In this document: one piece after another, positions 1 to 11,376 of the stretch
Position numbering within the stretch: the stretch's first letter is position 1
Layout: every line of letters begins with the position of its first letter
Source of the DNA: a virus
Taxonomy: Duplodnaviria > Caudoviricetes
DNA: 64,000 nucleotides
Strand: one strand, 5' to 3'
IMG/VR virus record: IMGVR_UViG_3300021400_000138
Location: 64,001 to 128,000 of that record
Program-made: the position numbers and the translations under genes
The notes under the pieces: model-generated
What the model was told of the DNA's origin: nothing
Seen by the model: only the letters and a program-made list of their open reading frames with translations
Database searches by the model: none

Positions 1-1
1 C

Positions 2-544
2 AATAACTGGATGAGAGAGCGGAAGATACCAGACGAAGTTATCTATCGCATGTATACCAACTGGCAGACACCTTGGTATTTTGAGGGATGGGATTACATA
101 AAGGTCATTAATAATTATATTGATTATCACAGATCTATTTTATATGAGGGCCTCGTATATTATAACCAGGGCAATCCTCATCATACAAAAACCCTTGGTG
201 TCCATATGCTTGCAGCAAAAGAATATATGCGTAGTCGGGGTGGTGATGAGATCATGATACTTGCTGCTACGTGGCACGATTGCGGGAAGTGTTTTACACG
301 TTCTGTTGGAGAAGATGGTGTTTGTCATTATTATAATCATCACAACGTTGGAGCATATGATGCATTATCTTTATATGATCTTCCTCTTGAAGTGTCTGCG
401 TTGATTACATATCATATGGCACCATTCTTCTGGGATGCTGATAAAAATCCCGAAAGATTGCATGATAAATATAGACATCTTTGGGGTGATAGTTTTTATA
501 ATAAGGTGATGTTGCTCCACGAAGCAGACGTTGCGGCGAGGTAA
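2..544 (+). CDS. C-terminal part of an HD-domain phosphohydrolase (probably a kinase-HD fusion), 5' end outside the window
   Basis: Frame is open from the window edge. HH..TLGVH, WHDCGK, HYYNHHNVGAY and LHEAD motifs are typical of HD domains. Confidence 0.7.
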   Translation, partial: NNWMRERKIPDEVIYRMYTNWQTPWYFEGWDYIKVINNYIDYHRSILYEGLVYYNQGNPHHTKTLGVHMLAAKEYMRSRGGDEIMILAATWHDCGKCFTRSVGEDGVCHYYNHHNVGAYDALSLYDLPLEVSALITYHMAPFFWDADKNPERLHDKYRHLWGDSFYNKVMLLHEADVAAR

Positions 545-548
545 ACGT

Positions 549-701
549 ATGGAAGAGAGAAGAATTTGCGAGAATTGTTTGTTTAACGACAAAGTTGATT
601 ATATGGGCAACGGTTGGTGTGACGAAAAAGAAGATTATGTAAGATGGAGTGATTGTTGTCTGGCTTGGAAAGAAAGGTATAAAAAAGATGAAAACGTATA
701 A
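549..701 (+). CDS. small Cys-rich hypothetical protein (50 aa)
   Basis: Translated by hand (MEERRICENC...WCDEK...DCCLAW). Fills the gap between neighbours. Confidence 0.55.
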   Translation: MEERRICENCLFNDKVDYMGNGWCDEKEDYVRWSDCCLAWKERYKKDENV

Positions 702-960
702 GAAGGTAATTATATTTATAGTTTTGTTTGCGATACTAGCATTTTTTGCAAGGAATGTCCATGGGTTTAACTTCCAATTTTTTGATACAACATGGTATTT
801 TGATGAGGCACAGATTGCTATGCCAGATGGCAGCGTGATCAGCGGACCTGTTGATACGTGGAAAGATTATGAAGACAGTGATATGGTCCAGGTTGTGATT
901 AATGATGTAGCGTATTATACACATGGATCTAATGTTGTGCTGATAAAGAAGGGTGAGTAA
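688..960 (+). CDS. hypothetical membrane-anchored protein
   Basis: N-terminal hydrophobic helix after MKTYKK. Overlaps the ligase start. Confidence 0.6.
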   Translation: MKTYKKVIIFIVLFAILAFFARNVHGFNFQFFDTTWYFDEAQIAMPDGSVISGPVDTWKDYEDSDMVQVVINDVAYYTHGSNVVLIKKGE

Positions 961-2878
961 TATGTCTTTAGATGAATTAATCAAAGAAATAAATCAGGCA
1001 AAAGAAGACTACTATTCGACAGGTCGGAGTAAATATACTGATCGAGAATATGATCTTATGGTTTCTCAGGCGGAGAAGCTCGGATATATTGAATCTGTGG
1101 GTGCTGCTCCAGTTAAAGAGATTCCGACTATTAAGCATGAACATTTGATGTTATCTTTGGATAAGGTACATACAGCTGAAGAAATAAAGAAGTTTATAAA
1201 AAAAGACTACGTCATGATGTATAAGGCGGATGGGCTTAGTGTGTCGGCAACTTATTTTGATGGTATTCTTACAAGACTGGAAACTCGTGGCAATGGAGAT
1301 ATTGGTAATGATATATTGTTCCATGCCAATTCTTTCGAAAATCTTCCAAAGAAGATTGATAAATCTGGCAAGTATGTAATAGATGGAGAATGTGTAATTC
1401 TATATTCTGATTTCGAGAAGATTAACGAAAACCTTATAGAAAAGTTTAGTAATCCCAGGAACCTTGCGGCTGGATCTCTTAATCAGCTAGATCCAAATGT
1501 TTCAAAGAAACGTCATCTTAGATTTTATGCATGGGATGTAATCGAGGGAGGCGAATCCAGTTCATTATTTGATAATCTGAAAAAAGCTTCTAATCTTGGT
1601 TTTGAAACTGTTAGATATTTAAAAACGAATGATTTTGAAATCGAACATATTAAGAACTTATTGGAAGATTTTCGACTCAGTGCAAAAGAAGAGGGATTTC
1701 CAATTGATGGTGTTGTTATCAAGTATGATTCAATTTCATATAGTAAAACATTAGGAAGAACAGAGAAATTTTTCAGAAACGCTATTGCTTATAAATATGA
1801 GGATGATAGATATCCAACTAAACTTCGCTCAGTAATATTTCAGATGGGGAAGACTGGTCAGCTTACACCAGTTGCGAATTTTGATCCCGTGGAAATCTCA
1901 GGAAGTGTTGTTGAAAAAGCTAGTCTTCACAACATTAGTATTTTAAAGCAGCTTCAATTAACAAATGGATGTACATGTTACATATTTAAAGCGAATGATA
2001 TCATACCACAGATTGATTGTGCTGATCCTGATGGTGATGGAGAAATTGAAATACCAAAGATCTGTCCTGAATGCGGTTCTAAATTAAAAATCATAAAAGA
2101 AAACGATTCGGAAGTTCTCTATTGTACAAATGATACTAATTGTCCAGGCATAATCCTCGGCCTGTGGAAGACATTCGTATCAAAACAAGGTATGGATATT
2201 GATGGACTTTCAGAAGAAACGCTGCGGAAATTTTTGAAACGTGGATATCTTACAAATATGTTCATCAGTATATATGAGTTACACATCTTTAAGGACCAGC
2301 TTTATAAGATGAGTGGCTTTGGCAAGAAATCCATTGATAAACTTCTGGCATCTATAGAAGCAAGTAAATCAGTAGATCTGGTACATTTCCTGACGGCGTT
2401 TTCAATTGAAGGTGTTGGCGTAGGACAATCAAAACTTCTGGCAAAGAGGTTTAAAACATTCGAGGCTTTTGCCCAAGCTTGTGATGACGGGTTTGACTTT
2501 TCTAAAATTAATGGCATTGGACCAGTTCTGAATGCAAATATTCACACCTGGTGGGTTAATAACCATATTCAGATGATTGACGTTGCGGGAGTTGTAAATT
2601 TTGCCTCAGATGAATTTATGAATCCGCCTACTGGAAATTATCCATTGGCCGGGAAAATTTTTGTAATCACAGGAAAAGTTAATCATTTTCCAAATAGAGA
2701 TGCCGTTAAAGAAAAAATCGAGTCACTTGGTGGCAAGGTTACTGGATCTGTTAGTAAGAGTACGGATTATTTGATTAACAATGATAAAACATCAACCTCA
2801 GGAAAGAACAAGAAAGCGCAAGAATTAAATATCCCCGTTATATCTGAAGATGATTTTTTGAAAATGATAGAGGTGTAA
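953..2878 (+). CDS. ligA: NAD-dependent DNA ligase
   Basis: MLSLDK, KADG adenylation motif, TRGNG, NPRNLAAGSL, DGVVIK, AIAYKY, Cys4 zinc finger, HhH and C-terminal BRCT (GGKVTGSVSKSTDYLI). Confidence 0.97.
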   Translation: MSNMSLDELIKEINQAKEDYYSTGRSKYTDREYDLMVSQAEKLGYIESVGAAPVKEIPTIKHEHLMLSLDKVHTAEEIKKFIKKDYVMMYKADGLSVSATYFDGILTRLETRGNGDIGNDILFHANSFENLPKKIDKSGKYVIDGECVILYSDFEKINENLIEKFSNPRNLAAGSLNQLDPNVSKKRHLRFYAWDVIEGGESSSLFDNLKKASNLGFETVRYLKTNDFEIEHIKNLLEDFRLSAKEEGFPIDGVVIKYDSISYSKTLGRTEKFFRNAIAYKYEDDRYPTKLRSVIFQMGKTGQLTPVANFDPVEISGSVVEKASLHNISILKQLQLTNGCTCYIFKANDIIPQIDCADPDGDGEIEIPKICPECGSKLKIIKENDSEVLYCTNDTNCPGIILGLWKTFVSKQGMDIDGLSEETLRKFLKRGYLTNMFISIYELHIFKDQLYKMSGFGKKSIDKLLASIEASKSVDLVHFLTAFSIEGVGVGQSKLLAKRFKTFEAFAQACDDGFDFSKINGIGPVLNANIHTWWVNNHIQMIDVAGVVNFASDEFMNPPTGNYPLAGKIFVITGKVNHFPNRDAVKEKIESLGGKVTGSVSKSTDYLINNDKTSTSGKNKKAQELNIPVISEDDFLKMIEV

Positions 2879-3000
2879 GATGAAGAAATTTTTTAGAAAA
2901 CTAATCCCTCGATTATATTTCTGCCGGGATGTGATCGTTATATACTGGATGGATTATGAATTTATTGTAAAGAAGTAAATATGAATAATAAAAAATTATG

Positions 3001-3029
3001 TTGACACATTATGAAGTGGGTAGTATAAT
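3001..3029 (+). promoter_or_regulatory. consensus SigA/sigma70 promoter at the head of the small-gene array
   Basis: TTGACA (3001-3006), 17-nt spacer, TATAAT (3024-3029), with an A/T-rich tract upstream. Confidence 0.85.
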
Positions 3030-3047
3030 GCATGATGTAGAAAAGAG

Positions 3048-3629
3048 GTGATTCATATCAGCGTCTACAGTGGGAAATGTGATCTAAAAGACACATTAGA
3101 TATCTTTGGAGTAAATGAAATTATTAATAAATACAAAATCTATGCACCAAATCAAATATTACCTCTTGAAGTAAATGACCAAGAAGATCTTATCCCCTAT
3201 TATCCCTTTTTAGTATCATCTATGAGCAGTGATAAAGCTCTCGGAGGAACAATACATCTTGCTTCTGAGTCATATGTAGATACAGAAGAGCGTGAACATC
3301 TAACCTGGACACTAAATGATCTTATAAGAATCTGGAAGCGTTGTAAGAGAAAAAAAATCCCATTTGACAAAGAAGAAGCATTATCACAAACAACTTTATT
3401 CACACCTCGCGAACACGAGGAAGAAATTGCAAACAGAGTTGCCGAATTTGGAGATAAGGCCACAATTGATGGCATTCACTTAAAGTTACATGATAGGTAC
3501 CGTCAGGATCTATATGAAGAAATGATAAAAAATGGATGGGATGAATCCAGATCATATATTTGGTGTTTTGGATTTGACAGATGGGTAAAGAGGAATAAGG
3601 AAGAGAAGGATGTTTTGGGTAGTATTTAA
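3048..3629 (+). CDS. hypothetical protein
   Basis: 193-aa ORF directly after the consensus promoter and a GAGGTG RBS. Confidence 0.75.
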   Translation: MIHISVYSGKCDLKDTLDIFGVNEIINKYKIYAPNQILPLEVNDQEDLIPYYPFLVSSMSSDKALGGTIHLASESYVDTEEREHLTWTLNDLIRIWKRCKRKKIPFDKEEALSQTTLFTPREHEEEIANRVAEFGDKATIDGIHLKLHDRYRQDLYEEMIKNGWDESRSYIWCFGFDRWVKRNKEEKDVLGSI

Positions 3630-3764
3630 TCTGGTAGTTGCAGCTTTTTGTTTTGGCACTTCATATATTTCACATCTTGAAAAAGAAAAAGGTTGTACTA
3701 TATATTTCGCATTAATGGGAATATTTAATATGTTGGTATCATATTTAAATTTCTGGAGGTTAAG

Positions 3765-4055
3765 ATGAGTTACAAGCTTAAAGAAATTTTAGAATATCTT
3801 GATGAGTCGGAATCTCCGGATGAATTGGAGATCCAGTATAGAACAAGAGTTGAAACTGAAGATGAAGTGCAGGACATTTTTGCTGGATCATGTAGATATG
3901 ACTTTGAAACTGGGCAGCTGATATCTGAAGACGGCGATAATTATTCATTAAATGATAGGATTGTAGATTATGTTTATGAATATTATGATCCGGAAGATGA
4001 AGATGCTGGCGTATATTTGATTGTCTGGTATGAAAGTGGGGATGTAAATGTTTAA
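3765..4055 (+). CDS. acidic hypothetical protein
   Basis: GGAGG RBS, 96 aa, very D/E-rich. Confidence 0.7.
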   Translation: MSYKLKEILEYLDESESPDELEIQYRTRVETEDEVQDIFAGSCRYDFETGQLISEDGDNYSLNDRIVDYVYEYYDPEDEDAGVYLIVWYESGDVNV

Positions 4056-4230
4056 ATACGGAATGCGACTCCGTGGATTTGCTCCTGGTTGTCAACCGTT
4101 GATTGGATTCGTTAGGCGCGAAGATGATCCGCTTGGAAAATACTATGACATTTTGGTATATAGCAGACCTCTCAATGATCACGAACAAGATGGTTATGAA
4201 TTGGATTATCTTGGAGAAGTAAAAGAATGA
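4048..4230 (+). CDS. small protein resembling the DarA C-terminal domain family
   Basis: YGMRLRGFAPGCQP...YYDILVYSRPL...YELDY pattern recalled from memory, not verified. Confidence 0.4.
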   Translation: MFKYGMRLRGFAPGCQPLIGFVRREDDPLGKYYDILVYSRPLNDHEQDGYELDYLGEVKE

Positions 4231-4419
4231 AAAAAGTAATTACGATAATTTTGGTAATATTAATTGCATTGGCTATTAGCTTCTTCAGTACTGCGGGACT
4301 TATTAAACTTGCATGCTGGGCTTTTGGTTATACATTTTCGTGGAAACTATCTGTTGGAATATGGGTTGTGTTGTGGCTGTTAGGATCTTTTTTTAAATCT
4401 TCGAAATGAGGCAAGATAC

Positions 4420-4812
4420 ATGACAAATCAGGAAGCAACAGAAATTCTTAAACGACTTCAGGAACCAGAAGTATGGGAACCGCAAATAACAGATAAGACG
4501 TTTGATGCACTTGGTATGGGGATTGATAGTCTTCATAAAAATATAAAACTTTTAGATTATGTTAAGAGAAAATGTTATGAAATTTTAGCTGAGAAGCATT
4601 ATTATGAATCCATAAAACATAATTTCATTTACCAGGCTGATAAGATAAAAAATGGAAGTATTATTAGAACAAGTAATATTTATGAAGAGGCTGTAAACTT
4701 AAAAGTAGAACAAGAAAAATTGGATGTTCTGATATACGATATTTCGCAACTGTGTCATATTCTCGGTGGCGAATATCTGAAAATGTGGGAAGAGATTGTT
4801 CAGGGGCAATGA
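4420..4812 (+). CDS. hypothetical protein
   Basis: 130-aa ORF with GAGG RBS. Confidence 0.65.
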   Translation: MTNQEATEILKRLQEPEVWEPQITDKTFDALGMGIDSLHKNIKLLDYVKRKCYEILAEKHYYESIKHNFIYQADKIKNGSIIRTSNIYEEAVNLKVEQEKLDVLIYDISQLCHILGGEYLKMWEEIVQGQ

Positions 4813-5283
4813 ATAGATATGAATCAATCTAATTTAAAATTAATCATGAGTGCGAGGGAATATATGAATCAAAAAGAAGAGAAGAATCCACGTCAAATAT
4901 TTATTGACTGGGCAGAGAATGTAAGACAATATGCAACAAAAGGTAATTATGCGCTGAAACAAGATAATGAATCTAAATCCAAATCCATAGATACTGCATC
5001 AGATTATTTCAATTCGATAATTGGTGCCTGTGATACAATGCTAACCATTTTAAAAAGTGGTATTTAATATGAATAATAAAGAATGTTGTAAAAACTGTAA
5101 GTATCATTTAAAGCTGCTGAAATGGGATTATTCTCATGGTGGATGCGAACATTCTGAATATGATGGATTTGCTTGTATTGCATTGGCTAATGAAGGAGTA
5201 GTAATACATCAAGTACATTCGGATAATGCATTTGCCGAGGAGAATGATTATTGTGAGATGTTTACTCTGAAGGAGAAGGCAAT

Positions 5284-5610
5284 ATGAGGATATTAAATAC
5301 GGCAAGACAGCTTTTGTTTATAGAAGAAGATATGCGGAGGAAGGATCCCGAAAAAGAGTTCGACATATATATGTTTGAACAAACCTGGGGATCCACGGCA
5401 TTAGGATTTGGCGAAATGGGTGGACAAGCAATAACTGGTGAGACAACGTTCGTGTTGATTCCGTATGACAGAGAAATAGCTTATGTATTCTTCGGTGCAA
5501 ACTTTGCGTACAAGATTGAAGGATATAATGATCTGTTTAAAGAAGATTTGCGGAAGCATCGCATGGCAAGTGTTCGCGAGAGTGGAAAGTATAGAAGAAA
5601 CAGAGAATAA
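5284..5610 (+). CDS. hypothetical protein
   Basis: 108 aa, ATGA-coupled. Its TAA is the left arm of a TAAAA-N6-TTTTA site. Confidence 0.7.
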   Translation: MRILNTARQLLFIEEDMRRKDPEKEFDIYMFEQTWGSTALGFGEMGGQAITGETTFVLIPYDREIAYVFFGANFAYKIEGYNDLFKEDLRKHRMASVRESGKYRRNRE

Positions 5611-5647
5611 AATTTTGGTTTTACCAATTTGTATAAGGAATTAATTC

Positions 5648-5902
5648 ATGAGCAAACATAAGCATAAAGGTCGATTAATCGATCATCTCTGGACATTTAT
5701 CAAATACAAACATGACGAAGCTATCTATGCACGTTGTAGTTGTGGATTTGTATATTCCTGTTATAAGCATGTTGATGAACTAGGCTTAAAAATAGTTATT
5801 GCTCCAGAAAAGCCATATCCATATTGTCCATGGTGTGGTGCAAGAAAGAAAAGATATGATGAAGAAGTGAAGAGAGTGGATTATTCTTGGTGGGAGAAAT
5901 GA
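5648..5902 (+). CDS. zinc-ribbon hypothetical protein
   Basis: CSCG...YCPWCGA motifs. Confidence 0.65.
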   Translation: MSKHKHKGRLIDHLWTFIKYKHDEAIYARCSCGFVYSCYKHVDELGLKIVIAPEKPYPYCPWCGARKKRYDEEVKRVDYSWWEK

Positions 5903-5903
5903 C

Positions 5904-6146
5904 ATGCCAGAAAAATTTAGCATTATAAGAAACATTGATATCGAAGTTTTAGAGCGTAAGCTGGATGCCTGGAATATTACTCATGATTATTTTCCAATTA
6001 TATTGATATCAGTAGATACATTTAAAGATCTTCCTCCTTTCATGAGTGAGGATGTAATTATTAGTACTGAATATAATTACATATATCATGGATTCAAGGT
6101 ATTTATTGATCCAGAAAAGACATATGGAGATGTTGAGTTAAGATGA
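5904..6146 (+). CDS. hypothetical protein, 'YGxV' paralog family copy 1
   Basis: Aligns by eye with the 12903, 25072 and 30411 products. Confidence 0.7.
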   Translation: MPEKFSIIRNIDIEVLERKLDAWNITHDYFPIILISVDTFKDLPPFMSEDVIISTEYNYIYHGFKVFIDPEKTYGDVELR

Positions 6147-6475
6147 ATATTGAAGCAAGATGGTCAGGATCATATCCAACTTTATGTTTTGGACATTGGA
6201 CATTGCTGATCGATGGAGAAGATGTATCAGAAAAAATTCCAGAAGATGTTCGTAAAAGCCCGATGAATACCTTCGGAATCTATCAGGATTGGCATTTTGA
6301 AAACTGGATGGAAGTTTTCGAAAATTATGCCGATGGATTACTTTGCGATGAGTGGATTGAAGAAAATGATTATTGGCTGAAAGATATAACCGATGATTAT
6401 AGTGTTAAAGAAGAAATCTATGATGCTTTTAATTCAGAGGATTTTCGATATGGAAGCTGCGGTGGATGTATATAA
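6143..6475 (+). CDS. hypothetical protein ending in CGGC
   Basis: 110 aa, ATGA-coupled. Confidence 0.7.
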   Translation: MNIEARWSGSYPTLCFGHWTLLIDGEDVSEKIPEDVRKSPMNTFGIYQDWHFENWMEVFENYADGLLCDEWIEENDYWLKDITDDYSVKEEIYDAFNSEDFRYGSCGGCI

Positions 6476-6941
6476 GGGGTTATAAAATATGAAAGAAAAA
6501 ATTTCAGAATTGTTGTATCAACAACTCGGCGGAATTTATTGCGATAGCTGCGAGTATCAAGATAATGAAGATTATTGCGAGGGATGCCATCGTAAGTATA
6601 TGAAATGGGCGATTAGCAAAAATGCTACTGATGGATTGGCGGAAGCAATTATGGAGATAGTTAACGAATGAAATTACATACACGTTGGAAAAGAAAATAC
6701 CCGAACATAATCGGCAAACGATTCTTTGATGGCGGTGAATACGGTCTAGGATATTTTACGGTGCTTAAGGCTTGGAAATGCAAAGAGTATTGTAAATCCG
6801 CATTCGCTCCAGATGGTACACGTTGGTTTGATAAAGAGATGATTCTGATTAAAACAGATACGGGATTAAAGTACAAAGTTCCGTTTTGTCCCTGGGCAAA
6901 AATAACCGATGAAGATGGCAAATGGTGGAGTAAATACTTTA

Positions 6942-7406
6942 ATGAAAAACCTTGGTAAAGAATATATCCATTACGGACATACTTTATTTGATCAGGACAT
7001 ATTCCAGCCAGTAAAAAATCAGGAATGGGGTGCCGCAAAACCGTTAGGTGGCTTTTGGGCATCTCCAGTAGATGCAGAAAGAAGTTGGAAGAATTGGTGT
7101 GAAGATGAAGAGTTTCGTCTGGAAAATTTGAATACCAGTTTCAGATTTCATCTTAAAGATGATGCTAGAGTATTTCACATCTATAGATCAGATCAACTTC
7201 AGCAGCTTCCAGAACTTGATACAATTATTAAAGTAACCTGGTATTGTATAGACTTTGAAAAAGCCGCCGAAAATTGGGATGCTATTGAACTTCATTTATC
7301 TGAGGAGATTTGCGATGATTACTTGGAAAGCTTATACTTTCGCCTTTATGGTTGGGATTGCGATTCTATATTGATTATGAATCCGGAGATTATATATAAT
7401 GTTTAA
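6942..7406 (+). CDS. hypothetical protein
   Basis: GGAG RBS before ATG 6942. Contains KPLGGFWASP and LYGWDCDSILIMN motifs. Confidence 0.7.
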   Translation: MKNLGKEYIHYGHTLFDQDIFQPVKNQEWGAAKPLGGFWASPVDAERSWKNWCEDEEFRLENLNTSFRFHLKDDARVFHIYRSDQLQQLPELDTIIKVTWYCIDFEKAAENWDAIELHLSEEICDDYLESLYFRLYGWDCDSILIMNPEIIYNV

Positions 7407-7582
7407 TTTTGATGATCGTGAAATGGAAATTATAAATTATACAATGGAGTTACTTAATGGATTTTTGCTTAGGTTCAGTGAATTGGAAGAAAGAGTGTCG
7501 TCCTTAGAAAAAATGTTGAATATTGAAAAAGTTAAAGGCACAAGTCTTGAAAATCAGTTTATTCAAAATGAAGGAGTTCATC

Positions 7583-7849
7583 ATGACACATGAACTTAAG
7601 GTTTTGCCAGAATATTTTGAGGCTTTGGTTAATGGAAGTAAAACATTCGAGATTAGAAAAAATGATCGAAACTTTCAGGTTGGTGATTGGCTATTATTAA
7701 AAGAATGGAATCCAGAAACTGAAGAATATACTGGTTATTCTGTTCTGCGCTATGTAAGTTATATTCTTTATGATTGGCAAGCTGGACTGAAAGATGGTTA
7801 TTGTATTATGGGATTAAAACATGGTGCGCCAACGGCAACACTTGATTGA
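7583..7849 (+). CDS. DUF3850 / ASCH-like (PUA fold) protein
   Basis: HELKVLPEYF...GSKTFEIRKNDRNFQVGD.L.L.EW...YTG signature and AAGGAG RBS. Confidence 0.85.
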   Translation: MTHELKVLPEYFEALVNGSKTFEIRKNDRNFQVGDWLLLKEWNPETEEYTGYSVLRYVSYILYDWQAGLKDGYCIMGLKHGAPTATLD

Positions 7850-8067
7850 GGGGATAGTATGGCAGTTGTTGTAAAAGATCTTAAAATGCCAAAATGTTGT
7901 AATGAATGTCAGATGTGTTATGAATATGTCAAAGAACATTGTTGGAAGAATGGCGATTGGTTTTCACGAAGTGGATTTGATCCAGAAAAGAGCAGATTAC
8001 CTGAGTGTCAGTTAATGGCAGCTAAAGTTGTAAATGCTTGACGAACGTCAAGTAATAAGGAGAAAAA

Positions 8068-8442
8068 ATGAATTATATAGTTAATCCATTATGGTTTTAT
8101 TTGATAAGTGTTGCGGAAGGTATTGATATAGCGGCTTTTGTTGTATGTACAATAACTTTGATTGCATTGTGCGTCTTTTCATTAATTCTTTGTTTTTACT
8201 ATGATGAAATAGATGATTCCGATAAAAAGACGATTGAATCTATATTTAAGAAATCTATCATTCTATTAATAACATCATCGATAATTGCCATAATAGTTCC
8301 TGGGCGAGAAGATATGGAAAAAATGTTGATTGCTTCTTATGCTACCGAGGAAAATGTTTCCGCAGCAACTAACTATGGTAAGGATTTGGTTGATTATATC
8401 TTTGATAAGGTTAATGGCGTTAATAAAGAGGAGAAGAAATGA
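8068..8442 (+). CDS. hypothetical membrane protein
   Basis: Two or three hydrophobic segments and AAGGAG RBS. Confidence 0.7.
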   Translation: MNYIVNPLWFYLISVAEGIDIAAFVVCTITLIALCVFSLILCFYYDEIDDSDKKTIESIFKKSIILLITSSIIAIIVPGREDMEKMLIASYATEENVSAATNYGKDLVDYIFDKVNGVNKEEKK

Positions 8443-10459
8443 GCTTATTGATCAAAGGCGAATCAATGCCAGATAGTTGTTCTGTTTGTCCTCTTATGCA
8501 TGATAACGGTTGTTGTATAACTGGTTATCAATGGATATCTCGAACTTATATTGATATAAATTTTGATTCAACTAAAAAGAGATTGAAAGATTGCCCATTG
8601 GTTGAAATAAAATCACATGGGGATCTAATTGACAGGGATGTTCTCAAACAGGATTTGAGCGATTTTTACACAGATATCGTGACAGCGAGACGATTAAAGT
8701 AAGCAGAACAGTTGAGTGGTAATAGATAATGAAAGAAGTAAAGGTATATCAATGTGAAACATGCGGAACGAAATATAACGACAGAGGAACAGCTGAGTGG
8801 TGTGAAAGATCACACAACGACAAGCATTTATTAGAGATGACTTACTTATACTTGTTATTAGCTCAACAGCTAGGAATAAAATTTCAGGAGGCACAACATG
8901 AACTTTTATGAGGTATGAGAATGCCAAAATTCGGAATATTAAATGATCCATTTTCAGAAAGGGAATATAATCGACCCATTTGTAGTAAATGTATGTTTTA
9001 TGATTTTAATGAGATGTCTGATGAAGCATATTGTGCCGCCAAAGATTATGAACCGATTCAGTTATATCGAAAACATCGTCCTAACTGGTGTCCAAGATTG
9101 GAAAATATATATGGATATTATTTATGATGAAGATTATCTCGTTTGCGAACCATGTTTAAGCTGCGAAAAATCATATACAGAAGATATATGGTGGGAAACA
9201 TTCTGCGATGAAAAAGAGTGCATTCATAAGAAAGAATACGAAAATCAGATGAAAAAGCTGCCAGAAGAAAGGATATGACATTTTGAAAGATCGAATAAAT
9301 TTAATTCTTGACGCAAAAGAAGTAGATATTGTTATTGATGCGCTTGATTGTTATGTATATATGGCCTCTAGTCTTTCAGAAGTTAATAAATACATAGAAA
9401 TTAATACAGTTAGAAATCATATCTATGAGAAATGCCAGAAGGAATTTGATGAGGAATTATCTGTATGAATGATGGTTATATTATCTGTGAATACAAAGGT
9501 GATTTAGTTCGTGTTCAATTTGATAATGAAATGAGCGGTTGGTATCCAAAATATGATTCTGCCAAAGTTATTAAAAAGAATTGTCAACCATTGAATGATT
9601 ATGGGCTGCTTTGCGAAAGAGATTGGGAATTTTCTTATAAACTTGTTAAAGATTCATGGGATGGATTTCAGCCAGTTGATGATATTGATTTGGATAAAGT
9701 GGATGCTATAGATATTGTAATTGATATTCTCCTACAATTTAGACATGGAATAATGGATGGTTACGGATGCAAAAAAAACAAATTATGATTGGTGAATTAA
9801 AAATTCCTAGATCTCGTTGTGATGAAACGGCGAAAGATTTATTAATAAAAATAAGTGAAAGTTATTATATGGGTAGAACTAATACGGATGATGAGTATAT
9901 TTACTTTGAAATATATGATAAAGATGAATTTAGTAAATATAGTAGCCCTGTAAATGTAGATTGTTTAAAGGATGATTTTTATAAATGAAGTTTATCTTAA
10001 ATGGTTGTGACATTAGCTTTATTGCTGAAGCGCCAGATGATATAACCTTAAAGCAATTAATAAAACAATGTGATAAGATCAAACCAGATTGGTGTGCTTG
10101 CGGAATATGTTCTCTAGAATATGAAAATTATCCAGAAGATACTGAAGTCGAAATCATTTTTGGATATGATTCAGTTAGAAAAGCCAATGAAGATGTTAGT
10201 TGTAGGATTACAGAAAGCAGTAAATGGATTGAAGAATAAATATGAGGTATAAGATGGTTAAAGTATTTACGACAAATAGCAACGGGAAAATAGAATTTAC
10301 TAAAGAAGAACTTGAAAATCTGCTTAATGAAGTTTGGCAAGATGGATATCAATCAAATAAATCTTATTGGTGGACATCACCTACGATTACTACACCGCAT
10401 CTTCCAACGAATATTATATATAGTAATGAAAATTAAAAGAATAAAATGAGGGATTAGAA

Positions 10460-10966
10460 ATGATAATTATCGGATACCAAGGAATCGGGAAGTCTACTTT
10501 GGCAAGATCAGAGAATGGATATATAGATCTGGAAAGTGGATGCTTTTGGAATGATGGTAAACGCCCAGATGATTGGTATATCTATTATTGCCAGATAGCA
10601 GAGCATTTATCTAGGCAAGGTTATGTTGTTTTTGTATCTTCTCATCAGACCGTCAGAGATTTTCTTAGAGAATCGGCAGAGATTGTGATTACTATTTATC
10701 CTTCAATTCTTCTTGCCGATAAGTGGAAGAACAAATTAAAGAAAAGATATGAATCTACAAGAACCGAAAAGGATTATAAAGCCTGGATGAACGCGGAAAA
10801 TTATTATCATGTAAATATCTCGCATTTAATGATGTGTGGAATTCTTCATTTAGAGATTGAGAATATTAATTATGATTTGGATAAAATGATACGTGCCGTG
10901 ATTAAGAAAAATCCAAAAGTGTTTCCGGACGATTCATACAGCAAATTAATGTGGGTAGAAGAATAA
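10460..10966 (+). CDS. P-loop NTPase / nucleotide-kinase-like protein
   Basis: N-terminal Walker A, IIIGYQGIGKST. Confidence 0.75.
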   Translation: MIIIGYQGIGKSTLARSENGYIDLESGCFWNDGKRPDDWYIYYCQIAEHLSRQGYVVFVSSHQTVRDFLRESAEIVITIYPSILLADKWKNKLKKRYESTRTEKDYKAWMNAENYYHVNISHLMMCGILHLEIENINYDLDKMIRAVIKKNPKVFPDDSYSKLMWVEE

Positions 10967-10977
10967 AGGATTAATTT

Positions 10978-11376
10978 ATGAGAACAATTTTGTTATATAT
11001 AATGATTTTTCTTCATATAGTAGATGACTATTATCTTCAAGGAATACTTGCCAGTATGAAGCAGAAATCCTGGTGGGAGAAGAATGCGCCAGACCAACTA
11101 TATAAAAACGATTACAAGGTTGCGTTGATTGAACATGCATTTAGTTGGACCTTTATGGTCATGTTGCCAATAACTGTGCTGATGGTGGCTAACAATAATA
11201 TATTGATAATTCCATGGAGTATAGCATTTGTTGTTAACTGGATTATCCATGGATGGGTGGATCATTTAAAAGCTAATGTTAAAAATTGTAGTCTTGTAGT
11301 TGATCAAATAATTCATGCATGCCAGATTTTTGCAACATGGTGTGTAATGACAGAGTTAATGGGGGTTGTCGGATGA
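10978..11376 (+). CDS. DUF3307-like membrane protein
   Basis: HIVDDYYLQ, H..VDHLKAN and DQIIH His/Asp motifs between TM helices. Confidence 0.7.
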   Translation: MRTILLYIMIFLHIVDDYYLQGILASMKQKSWWEKNAPDQLYKNDYKVALIEHAFSWTFMVMLPITVLMVANNNILIIPWSIAFVVNWIIHGWVDHLKANVKNCSLVVDQIIHACQIFATWCVMTELMGVVG

